A DNA stretch of 64,000 nucleotides from an uncultured delta proteobacterium (GTDB lineage Bacteria > Desulfobacterota > Binatia > Binatales > Binataceae). The notes beneath the pieces are model-generated. The model was not told the DNA's origin. It did not search any database and worked only from the letters and a program-made list of their open reading frames with translations. Below are positions 29,062 through 39,923 of this stretch, one piece after another; within the stretch, counting starts at the first letter, position 1; every line of letters begins with the position of its first letter. Both the position numbers and the translations under genes were made by a program. The DNA lies in assembly GCA_963808235.1 (NCBI GenBank), contig CAWEEQ010000004.1, positions 3,168,001-3,232,000 of the forward strand, given 5' to 3'.

Positions 29062-29096
29062 TGGGGAGCGCCAGACCGCGACAAAAGGAGCCGACC

Positions 29097-31329
29097 ATGC
29101 TTCCTGCGAAACCTGTCCGGATTGTCGTCGCCTGTGGATTTCTTCTCGTTGGTATCTTCGTATTCAATGCGTCCGCGCAGCTTCTTTCGCTTTCACCGCC
29201 ATTCCCCGCCGATCGCGCCGACCCTGAACCCGACCGATCCCGCGAACAATCTGAACGCCTGCTCCGGTTCCGATTGCACGCTTGGGAAATTCACCGAACC
29301 CTTCGAAGAGCCGACGATCACCTACACCGATTCCACCGGCACTCATACCGTTACCACCGAGCAGAAGTGTCTTCAGGACGCGGACGGTGTCTATCGATGC
29401 AAGCCCGCGGCGGGAACCATCGTGATGCTTCCCGACGGAAATATTCTTTACTGGAACGCTCTGGAAGGGACCGAGAACGTCGAGCTCAGCATCGTGGCGG
29501 AATTCGGCACGGTGTCAGATGACGATCAGAGCCGCGTGCTGAAGTTATCGCCGTCCGGAAATACTGTGACGCCATCGTGGGCCAGGCCATCGCCGGTCGG
29601 CGGCGGTGCGAATCCCAACGGCAGCGCGGGTACGCCGCTTCTGCCGGAGGGACTTCTCAGCACGGCGGGAACCCAGAGCGACAATGCCGGCGCGCTGTTC
29701 TGTTCCGATCAGGTCGAGCTGCCCGACGGGCTAATCATGGCGGCAGGTGGAACCGACTACTACTCGGAGCCCGGAGTGCAGGGAATTCCTTTCGGAGTCG
29801 CGGAGCTCGAGGGCCTCAAGAATGCGCGCCTGTTCGACTGGCGCAACCTCAATTGGACTCAGACCGGGAGCATGAACTGGGGCCGATGGTATCCGTCGCT
29901 GGTGAGTCTGCCCGATGGCAACGTGTTCGTGGCAAGCGGCGTGACCAAGCTTCTGAAGCCGGTTTATCCGCAGGCGCCGATCCAGTCCGGGACCAACGTC
30001 GCTCAGACCGAGACCTTCGACTGGCAGACCGGAGTATGGACCGACAACGGCCCTAATGCGCAGCAGTCGCTCCCGCTCTTTCCGAGAATGCATCTGCTGC
30101 CTAACGGCGACGTGTTCTATGACGCAGGCGGACAGACCTTCAATCCCTTCGGGCAAAGCTACAACGAAGCCCTGTGGAACATCGTCAGCGCGTACGACCC
30201 TACGACCCAGTCATGGACCGATTTGGGGTACGCCGGCCTGCCGCTTCAGCTCGATCAGGCAGGGCTTGGAGATCTGACGTCGGCGCTGCTCGCATCGAAT
30301 CCGAATTTTCCCGCGCTCACCGCGGCGACAATTACCTCCGTGCTGACCACGCTGGTCGGCCAACCGATCACGTCGTCCGCGCAACTGGCGAGCCTACTCG
30401 GCGCATTGGTCGGCCCGGGCGGAGCGGACACGATCCTGGGTTCGGGGTTTCGCGGGACCACGTTCAACATGATGCTGCCACTCAAGCCCGATGCGAGCGG
30501 GAATTACTCGAAGGCCGAATTCCTCACCGCGGGCGGCGTACTGAGCGCCGTGCTGGACACGAGCCCGGGCACTTGGGTCGCCACCCCGCTCAGCCGAATT
30601 GATACGGTTCAAATTGGAGCGGGCGGCGCAATGACTTACTCGTCGCGGCTGACCGGCAATCTGAATTATCCGCGATGGTTCTCGTACGGCGTGCTGCTCG
30701 CGGACGGATCGATCCAGGTTTTCAACGGCGCAAATCGCGATGACGTGCTGACGCCGGGACTCAGCAACCCGATTCAAGTCTCGGAACGATTCGATCCGAA
30801 TACCGAGACGTGGCACACGATGGCGACCTCGCATGAGGCGCGCACCTACCACAATAGTGCGCTGCTGATGCCCGATGGGCGCGTGATGATCGGTGGTCAT
30901 GCGCCGATCAGCACGGCCTACCTGTCGAATATCAACTTGTCCGGACTCGGATTCTCTCCCGACGACGGCCGCGACCCTTCATTCGAGATCTACAGCCCGC
31001 CCTACGTATTCCAGTCGCGTCCGCAGATCACTACCGCGCCCACTTCGGTCAGCCTCGGGAGTTCGTTCAACGTGATCAGCCCCGACGCCTCGACGATTCA
31101 GGCAGTGCTCCTGATCCGCAGGAGCGCAACCACCCACGTCGTCGATGGAGACGGGCGCGCGGTGTATCTGCCGATAACCGGATTGAACGGGAATCAGATC
31201 GCGCTTGCGATGCCGTCGAGTCCGGCGGTCGTCGTACCCGGCGAATACTTGCTGTTTCTGGAAAAACCGGACGGCCACGGCGGACAGATCCCGTCGGTCT
31301 CCGCGCCGATCCTCGTATCCGGCCCGTGA
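29097..31329 (+). CDS. Secreted copper-radical oxidase (galactose oxidase/GlxA-like, AA5; kelch + DUF1929) with an apparent +1 frameshift near 29204-29207
   Basis: RBS AAAAGGAG, ATG 29097 and signal peptide in one frame; catalytic body (LFCS, RWYPS, RTYHNSALL, ATTH, PGEYLLF) in the +1 frame. Confidence 0.82.
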
Positions 31330-31337
31330 GATCTTCG

Positions 31338-32315
31338 ATGCGCAACATCTTCTTCTCATTGGCCACCGCCGCCCTCTGCTTCTTCGCCGCGCCGCTTCAT
31401 GCGCATGAGGAGCATGCTTCGAATCTCGAAGTGGTGCTCGATCGCGTCAGTCCGCAGCCGGCGCGGCTCCAGGTACAAATCGTCAATACGCTCGCCCCGC
31501 AAATGCTGGTCAGCAATCACACCGGACGAACTTTGGAGATTCTCGATCGACGCGGAACCCCGGTAATCCGCATCGGGCCCGATCGCACCTGGGTGAACGC
31601 ATCGGCGCCCGTGTACTACGCGGAGCATCCCATGAGTGATCCGATGACCGATCGCTCCGATGCGGCGAAAGCGCCGCGATGGGTACTCGCGAGCCATGAG
31701 CCGTCATGGGGATGGTTCGATCCCCGAATCCAGGCTGGCGCTGCGCAATCGCCCGCGAGCTGGCATATCGATATGCGCCTTGGCGCGGAGCCGGTCGTAG
31801 TGTCGGGTAGGTTCCGCTCTCGACCGGTATCGCACGGCTATTGGATGCCCGCGATGCGCACGCCTCACGAAATCGCGCCCCAGATCGAAGTAGCGATTAT
31901 TCCGGGCGTGGTGCCGGCGGTCACAATCGAAAACGGAGGGCATGAAATTCTCACGGTGATTGGCGCCAATGGCGAGCCGTTTCTGCGCATTGGACCGGAG
32001 GGCGTCTTCGCCAATGCGATCAGCCCGACCTGGATGCAATCGGGCCGCGCGCCTCAAACAACATCGCCGATCGCGTTCTCCAACGATCGGAACGCAGTGC
32101 GATGGACGAAGATCTCGCCGGGTTCGCGCTACACCTGGCTCGAATGGCGGGTGCGATGCGCCGCCGATCGGCCGACGCATACTCCCATGCGATGGGAAAT
32201 CCCGCTAATCATCGACGGCAAGTCGATCCCGGTGCGCGGGGAAACGGAATGGATCACGATCGCTCCGCGCACCGGCGCCAAACCGATCCTCGCGAATGCT
32301 CAAGTAGCGCAATAA
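31338..32315 (+). CDS. Exported hypothetical protein with predicted N-terminal His (HEEH) and two internal repeats
   Basis: Signal peptide ...AAPLHA|HEEH; repeats GTPVIRIGPD..WVNASAP and GEPFLRIGPE..FANAISP. Confidence 0.75.
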   Translation: MRNIFFSLATAALCFFAAPLHAHEEHASNLEVVLDRVSPQPARLQVQIVNTLAPQMLVSNHTGRTLEILDRRGTPVIRIGPDRTWVNASAPVYYAEHPMSDPMTDRSDAAKAPRWVLASHEPSWGWFDPRIQAGAAQSPASWHIDMRLGAEPVVVSGRFRSRPVSHGYWMPAMRTPHEIAPQIEVAIIPGVVPAVTIENGGHEILTVIGANGEPFLRIGPEGVFANAISPTWMQSGRAPQTTSPIAFSNDRNAVRWTKISPGSRYTWLEWRVRCAADRPTHTPMRWEIPLIIDGKSIPVRGETEWITIAPRTGAKPILANAQVAQ

Positions 32316-32371
32316 TCCGTTCGCACCGGCGTTTGCATAGCACCTTCGTTTCACAATAAATCCCTTCTGTC

Positions 32372-34401
<2,030 letters not shown>

Positions 34402-34405
<4 letters not shown>

Positions 34406-34605
34406 ACGTTTCCCTCTATTGGCGATTTGGACGGGCAGTCCGCCAGCTACGATTGTTCGCGCGCGCGATCGCAAACGAACTCCGAAGCCTGAACAGCGCA
34501 AGAATGGACTCCGCGACACTCGCAAGCATGCCGCCACGCGATCGCTGTCGCGTCGTGAAAGCGGCACTCCGCGAGCATCATCGCAACCCCCACCGCTGCT
34601 GCTGA
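34402..34605 (+). CDS. Small CstA-associated protein (YbdD/YjiX-like, ends RCC)
   Basis: ATGA overlap with cstA; C-terminal PHRCC. Confidence 0.7.
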
Positions 34606-34663
34606 GAATTGCGACGCCACACCACGAACTCACCAACCGAGCTCTCAATCCACACGATTGTTC

Positions 34664-34696
34664 CCCTTCCCACATGGGAAGGGTTAGGGGTTAGGT
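34664..34696. repeat. REP-like palindrome CCCTTCCC-acat-GGGAAGGG followed by TTAGGGGTTAGGT
   Basis: Perfect hairpin in an intergenic region; one clear copy in the window. Confidence 0.45.
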
Positions 34697-34735
34697 TTGC
34701 CAGTCTCGAGCTGAATCCGCATTCCAAATCCCTGA

Positions 34736-34801
34736 TCTCCCCTCTCTAGGCACTCTTCCCTCTCTCCCTAGGTACTTTTTCTCCTCCCTCTAGGCGATTT
34801 T
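34736..34801 (+). repeat. Three imperfect 22-bp direct repeats with a CTAGG core
   Basis: CTAGG at 34746, 34768 and 34790, each preceded by a C/T tract. Confidence 0.7.
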
Positions 34802-34942
34802 CCGATTCAACACCCGCCCCCTTCCCTCTAACGTGAATGTCAGTTGGCGCGCATAGCTCGCACAGAAAATTTAAGGCGAAGCGAAGCCTGCCAGAGATTG
34901 GAGAAGGTCTGAGATCACCGATTAGAGACTGGACCGCGGCAC

Positions 34943-35776
34943 GTGACGAATTTTTCAAATACGGTATTCCTGCCCACAGCGGCTAATGGCGTCGCCGCGC
35001 ATGAGCTGCCGCGCCCGCAGCCACCCGCTGCCAATTGGGAACAGGGAGTACATCTGGAAGCGCTCGCCAATCTGGCGCATGAACTGCGCTCACCGGTTCA
35101 GGCTCTGCTCGGCTACCTGGACATCCTCCGCGACGAGCTGGGCGATGCGCTGAACAGCCGTCATAAGCACATTTTCGAGCGCGTGAACGCCAACGCGCAC
35201 GACCTCGCGCAAACCGTCGAGAATGTGATGGACTTCTCGCTTGCGGACGCGATGGCCGAGCCGGCGGGGCAGGAAGATATCCACCCCGACGAACTGATTG
35301 CGGAGCTTGCTCCCGCGCTCGAGGCTGCCAACGATTCCAAAGGTCTCCAGATAAGCTATGACCTCGAAGCCGCGCCCGCCGTGATTCGCTCGCGCCGCCG
35401 GCCCATCAAGTCGATCCTGCTCAACCTGGCCGTCAACGCGATAAAGTTTACCGAAAAAGGCAGCGTGACAATCGCAATCCGCCGCGCCATACTGCCCGAA
35501 GTAGGCTCCGCAGTGGAACTGGCAGTCAGCGACACCGGTCCCGGTATCGACGCCGAACAGGTCGCACGAGCCTTCACACTATGCGCTCAGCTTTCCAATT
35601 CGAGCGTCCGAATCCATCGCGGGATGGGCCTCGGCCTCGCGGTCGTGCGCCGCAATGCAATCGCACTCGGCGCAACCATCGCGGTCAGCACTGCGCTCGC
35701 GCAGGGTTCGGTCTTTGTCGTTACGATCCCAATTCCCGCGCCACCCGATGCGCACCCACCTTCGTTTCAAGCGTAA
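34943..35776 (+). CDS. Cytoplasmic histidine kinase lacking a sensor domain (HisKA + HATPase_c)
   Basis: LAHELRSP, NLAVNAIKFT, DTGPGI, GMGLGL; only about 35 aa before the H-box helix. Confidence 0.85.
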   Translation: MTNFSNTVFLPTAANGVAAHELPRPQPPAANWEQGVHLEALANLAHELRSPVQALLGYLDILRDELGDALNSRHKHIFERVNANAHDLAQTVENVMDFSLADAMAEPAGQEDIHPDELIAELAPALEAANDSKGLQISYDLEAAPAVIRSRRRPIKSILLNLAVNAIKFTEKGSVTIAIRRAILPEVGSAVELAVSDTGPGIDAEQVARAFTLCAQLSNSSVRIHRGMGLGLAVVRRNAIALGATIAVSTALAQGSVFVVTIPIPAPPDAHPPSFQA

Positions 35777-35783
35777 AGATGTT

Positions 35784-36152
35784 TTACTCGATATAAGGCG
35801 GGTGCTTGCCTGAGGTGAGATCCAGCAGGCAAATGGCAGTTCCGAATGGATCCTGGATCACTGCGCACTTTCCGATTAGCACGTCGAATGGCGGCACCAG
35901 CACCCGGCATCCTTTTTCGCCGTAGCTCCTCACCGCGGCGACCACGTCGTCTACCAGGTAATGAACCTCGACTCTGTTCGGTATCTCGGGATTGTTGTGA
36001 AGAACAATCTCAGCATCGGTTTCAGGCATCGACATTCCGACCGCGCCGGCTTCGCGCCATCGTAGCTTGAGTCCGAAGACTTCCGCGTAGAATTTCTCCG
36101 CGGATGCGACGTCGTCCACCCGGATCATCACGCAATCAATTTTCTTGAACAC
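35784..36152 (-). CDS. VOC / glyoxalase family protein
   Basis: IRVDDVASAEKFYAEVFGL...DPFG. Confidence 0.85.
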   Translation of the reverse strand: MFKKIDCVMIRVDDVASAEKFYAEVFGLKLRWREAGAVGMSMPETDAEIVLHNNPEIPNRVEVHYLVDDVVAAVRSYGEKGCRVLVPPFDVLIGKCAVIQDPFGTAICLLDLTSGKHPPYIE

Positions 36153-36202
36153 GGAAATCTCGGCGACGCTCGCGTCGAGGAATTTGCGACGCTCGATGGC
36201 CT

Positions 36203-36808
36203 CTAGCGATAGTGTCGCATCAGGCCGACTACGACCCCGCGAATCGCAAGATCGCCCTCGGTGACCATGATTGGTTGCATCGCCGAGTTCGCCGGCTGCA
36301 GGCGCACCTGGCCGCCCGGCTCGCGGAAGAACTTCTTGACCGTCGCCTCGTTGCCGATCAATGCAACCACCGTCTCGCCATTGTCGGCGCTGTCGCGTCC
36401 TTCCACGATGATGTAATCGCCGTCGCGGATTCCGTCCTCGATCATCGAGTCGCCTTTCACGCGCAGGCAGAACGTATTGTCGCGCCGGATGAAGTCGTCA
36501 GGCACGCTGATCGTCTCATTGCCCTCGACGGCCTCAATCGGCGCACCGGCCGCGACCTGTCCGAGCAGCTTCAGTCTGCCTCGATGGCCCTTTTCCGCCG
36601 CCGAGACCTCGAGCGCGCGGCTATGATTGTGCTGGCGCTTGATGAAGCCCTTCTGCTCGAGGTTGTGCAGATGCTTATGCACGGTGGCCAGCGATGAGAG
36701 CCCGAAATAGGTTCCCACTTCGGCCAGCGTAGGTGCGTAGCCGTGCTCGCTGATATAGTTGTTCAGGTAATCGATCAGCTGCTTCTGTCGCTTGGTCAGC
36801 GTTGCCAT
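36203..36808 (-). CDS. lexA: SOS repressor LexA
   Basis: LTKRQ..GYAPTLAE, VAAG cleavage site, LRVKGDSM, EATVKK. Confidence 0.95.
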   Translation of the reverse strand: MATLTKRQKQLIDYLNNYISEHGYAPTLAEVGTYFGLSSLATVHKHLHNLEQKGFIKRQHNHSRALEVSAAEKGHRGRLKLLGQVAAGAPIEAVEGNETISVPDDFIRRDNTFCLRVKGDSMIEDGIRDGDYIIVEGRDSADNGETVVALIGNEATVKKFFREPGGQVRLQPANSAMQPIMVTEGDLAIRGVVVGLMRHYR

Positions 36809-36839
36809 TGTGTCAACACCCCCTGAAGGGACGCTCGCA

Positions 36840-36868
36840 ATCATGGCGAAAATCAGGCGAAGATGCAA
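36840..36868 (-). promoter_or_regulatory. lexA sigma70 promoter (TTGCAT-N17-CATGAT) overlapped by TTCGCC-N5-TTCGCC, a putative LexA box
   Basis: Direct repeat GGCGAA at 36845 and 36856 (+ strand), across the promoter spacer. Confidence 0.6.
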
Positions 36869-36945
36869 GTGCCAGGCGCTCTCCGTACCGGGCCCGGTTT
36901 CAACCGGTTGCCGTACCGAATAAGGTGATTTCTGACCCGTGTCTT

Positions 36946-37320
36946 ATGGCAAAACTGCGAATCCAATTCGAGAATGGCGACCCTGAAAAGGTGATCGAGT
37001 TCGATCCCGCGAAGGCGCCGTTCCATCATGACGGCAAGCCGGGATCGATCCTCGACGTGATGCTCGGCCACCAGTTGCATCTCGAGCATGCATGCGGCGG
37101 CAACTGCGCGTGCACGACCTGTCATGTGATCGTGAAGCAGGGTTTCAACAAGCTCGGGGAATCGAGCGAGCAGGAGGAAGACCTGCTCGACAGAGCGCCG
37201 GGCCTGACGCCGACATCGCGTCTTGGATGCCAGGCCGTGATCGATGATCCGAACGCGGAAATCGTGATCGTGGTTCCGCGCTATACGATCAACCAAGTGA
37301 GTGAGGCGGCAGAAGAATGA
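36946..37320 (+). CDS. fdx: 2Fe-2S ferredoxin (ISC/adrenodoxin type)
   Basis: HACGGNCACTTCHV...SRLGCQ. Confidence 0.88.
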   Translation: MAKLRIQFENGDPEKVIEFDPAKAPFHHDGKPGSILDVMLGHQLHLEHACGGNCACTTCHVIVKQGFNKLGESSEQEEDLLDRAPGLTPTSRLGCQAVIDDPNAEIVIVVPRYTINQVSEAAEE

Positions 37321-38027
37321 CCGTCTCGGCACAAGCGCGAGTGGAGCGAATCTTCGATCACGCCGCCGACACGCGCTCGCTCTTTCTCTCGCCCACTTCG
37401 GGCAAGCCTCTTCGCTTCGTCCCCGGTCAATTCATTTCGATATCGATTCCGCTCGGCGACGAGACGCGCTCGCGTCCCTACACGATTGCGTCGAGCCCCG
37501 ACGACGCTGGACCGTTCGAGATTTGCTTCAATCGGGTTAAAGGTGGACGCGGCGTCGATTGGCTGTTCGAGCGCCGAGTCGGCGACACTTTTGATTTCGC
37601 GGGACCGTTCGGGACTTTCACTCTCGACTTTGTTCCTGCGCCGGAAATCGAGATCGGCTTTATAGCGGAGGGAACCGCAATCGCGCCGATTCGCCCGATG
37701 CTCAAGCGGGCACTCGCGGAATCGGGACGCGCGCCAAAGATGTATCTCATCTACGCAGCGCAGGACCGCGAGCATATTCTCTACCTCGCCGAACTCGACG
37801 AGCTTGCGCGGACTGCGCCGAATTTTTCGTACGAGACGGTAATCGCCCCTGCCGAGAAAATTTACGAACGGCTGGTCGAGTTGGTGAATGCGCGATGGAT
37901 CCGCGCGGACAGCGATCGCACCCGCCAGTTCTACATCTGCGGAGTCGGCAACGGAGTGATCCAGTTGCGCGATCTGCTCCGCGGCTCGGGCTACGAGCGC
38001 CGCGCCGTGCACTACGAGCGCTGGTAA
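37317..38027 (+). CDS. FAD/NAD(P)-binding oxidoreductase (ferredoxin reductase-like)
   Basis: FVPGQF, RPYTIAS, GPFGTF, GTAIAP, FYICG; ATGA overlap with fdx. Confidence 0.85.
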   Translation: MTVSAQARVERIFDHAADTRSLFLSPTSGKPLRFVPGQFISISIPLGDETRSRPYTIASSPDDAGPFEICFNRVKGGRGVDWLFERRVGDTFDFAGPFGTFTLDFVPAPEIEIGFIAEGTAIAPIRPMLKRALAESGRAPKMYLIYAAQDREHILYLAELDELARTAPNFSYETVIAPAEKIYERLVELVNARWIRADSDRTRQFYICGVGNGVIQLRDLLRGSGYERRAVHYERW

Positions 38028-38037
38028 AAACCGCGCG

Positions 38038-38970
38038 CTACTTCGCGAACGCCTTGCGCAGCGCCCCGGCCGATTCGTCGATCGCCTGTTTGCCCTTATC
38101 GAGCACCTCGTACATCGAAACGAAACCGTGAATCATTCCCTCGTAGCGGGTGACGCTCACCAGAACGCCGGCGGCGCGCAGCTTTTCGCCATAAGCCTCG
38201 CCCTCGTCGCGCAGAGGATCGAATTCCGCGGTGACAATCAGCGCGGGCGGCAGTCCCTTCAGACTCTTCGCCAACGCGGGCGCGATGCGTGGATCTTTTC
38301 GATCGGCGGGAGTCCGCAGGTACTGCTTCCAGAACCAGGTTATGTCGTCCTTGGTCAGAAAATAATCGGTGAAAGTCTTGTGCGAGTAAGTGTCGAGCTC
38401 GGACTCGGTCGCCGGATAAATGAGAAGCTGGAATGCAATTTTCGGCCCGCCCGCATCGCGCGCTAGCTGCGCAATCACCGCGGACAGATTGCCACCCGCG
38501 CTGTCACCGCCAACCGCAAGCCGGTTCGCATCGACGTTCAGTTCTTTGGCGTGCTCGCTCACCCACTTGGTCGCGGCGAAGCAATCCTCCACTCCGGCGG
38601 GAAACTTGTGCTCTGGCGCGAGCCGGTAGTCGACCGAAACCGTAACGCATCCGACTTTATTGGTGAGCGCGCGGCATGGCCCGTCGTGCGAGTCGAGATC
38701 GCAGATGACCCATCCGCCGCCATGAAAGAAAACCAGCACCGGAAACGGTCCGCTGCCTTCCGGCGTGTAAACGCGAATTGGAATCGAACCGCCGGGGCCG
38801 GGAATCTTCCGATCCTCGACCTTGAAGACTTTTTCGGTTCTCTCCGGCGGTACTTTGAACATGCTGCCGGTCACGCGGCGCGCGTCGGGAGCCGTTAGCG
38901 TATGCAGTTTGGGTCCGGGCGCCGAGGCAATTTGATCGAGCAATATTTTTACTTGCGGGTCGAGCGGCAT
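38038..38970 (-). CDS. Alpha/beta hydrolase, family IV (HSL-like) esterase
   Basis: HGGGW, DYRLAPEH, GDSAGG, DPLRDEG, HGF. Confidence 0.93.
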   Translation of the reverse strand: MPLDPQVKILLDQIASAPGPKLHTLTAPDARRVTGSMFKVPPERTEKVFKVEDRKIPGPGGSIPIRVYTPEGSGPFPVLVFFHGGGWVICDLDSHDGPCRALTNKVGCVTVSVDYRLAPEHKFPAGVEDCFAATKWVSEHAKELNVDANRLAVGGDSAGGNLSAVIAQLARDAGGPKIAFQLLIYPATESELDTYSHKTFTDYFLTKDDITWFWKQYLRTPADRKDPRIAPALAKSLKGLPPALIVTAEFDPLRDEGEAYGEKLRAAGVLVSVTRYEGMIHGFVSMYEVLDKGKQAIDESAGALRKAFAK

Positions 38971-39053
38971 GGGTTTACTCCGTGGGTGAAATTAAGTTCC
39001 GATCACTCTCAATGGTTTAGAACGGAAGTGTCTCGGCCGACAAGCGCGACCAA

Positions 39054-39923
39054 TCACGGCGCTAAGCTGGAAAGAACGCTGATAACGCCGGAGTGGCCGG
39101 CGATGTGGACGCCGCGCACGATCGTTCGTTCGCGCTCGAGCCTTCGGGCTGCGCTTTCCACTAGTGCTTGATCGATGCCGAAAATTCTCGCGATGGCGCG
39201 CTCGGTGCTGAAGCCGGCGGTTTCGAAGATTCTTCGGACGATCTTGTATGCGGCCTGGCTGCGATTGAGTGCTCGTGCCTCGGCAAGAGCGTCGGGCCAT
39301 CGATGAGCCATCGTGTCCCAGACGTAGCTGAATGGATCGGCGCGTTCTTCGACCTTTAGTGCGAGGAATTTTTCCTGGAGTTCTTTCATCGCGCGATCGA
39401 ACACGGCGCGGCGCGACGGCTGCGCGTAGCCGCTGGAGAGCTTCAGCACCCGGGTCTCAGCCGCGCCGCGTTTGGTGAGCGTGTCCATCACCAGTTTGCC
39501 GCAATGCGACAGGCCCCCGCTCGCGTAAAGCTTGCGGTAGCCGCCTGGTTCGACGCGAAGTCTCAGGAACGCGCCGAGCAAGTCGCGCGCGATGAAGCTC
39601 GGGCGGCCCGCGATCGCCTTGCCGTAGTAAACGAGGCGACGCTCCGGCAGCGAGTCTTTAATTCGCCAGGTCATCCCGATGGCGTAGTCGTGCTGGATGT
39701 GTTCGGGCATCACCGGTTCGCGAGTTCCCGCGATCGCCTCGCGCAGGCACGGCACGCCGAGTCCGGCGGTGAACCCGGTGCAGAAGCCGACCTCGCCGAT
39801 GAATTTGAGTGCGCTCTTTTCGCTGGTCACGCGGCGCGATGGAATCCGCCGGAAGTGAAAATCGCGATGCCGCTCGAGTGCGTCGAGGATTCCGGCGCGA
39901 GGAACCTGCGCGGCCGTAGTCAT
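39054..39923 (-). CDS. AlkZ/YcaQ-related winged-helix protein
   Basis: ALKFIGEVGFC, W..KDSLP..RLVYYGK pattern; family recalled, not searched. Confidence 0.55.
   Translation of the reverse strand: MTTAAQVPRAGILDALERHRDFHFRRIPSRRVTSEKSALKFIGEVGFCTGFTAGLGVPCLREAIAGTREPVMPEHIQHDYAIGMTWRIKDSLPERRLVYYGKAIAGRPSFIARDLLGAFLRLRVEPGGYRKLYASGGLSHCGKLVMDTLTKRGAAETRVLKLSSGYAQPSRRAVFDRAMKELQEKFLALKVEERADPFSYVWDTMAHRWPDALAEARALNRSQAAYKIVRRIFETAGFSTERAIARIFGIDQALVESAARRLERERTIVRGVHIAGHSGVISVLSSLAP

Noticed and set aside
28542-29180. Oxidase as a Tat substrate because tatA is adjacent
   Set aside because: Its signal peptide has no twin-arginine motif and looks Sec-type.
34594-34605. Selenocysteine read-through in the CstA partner
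   Set aside because: Both terminal Cys are TGC; the TGA follows a complete RCC and fits a normal stop.
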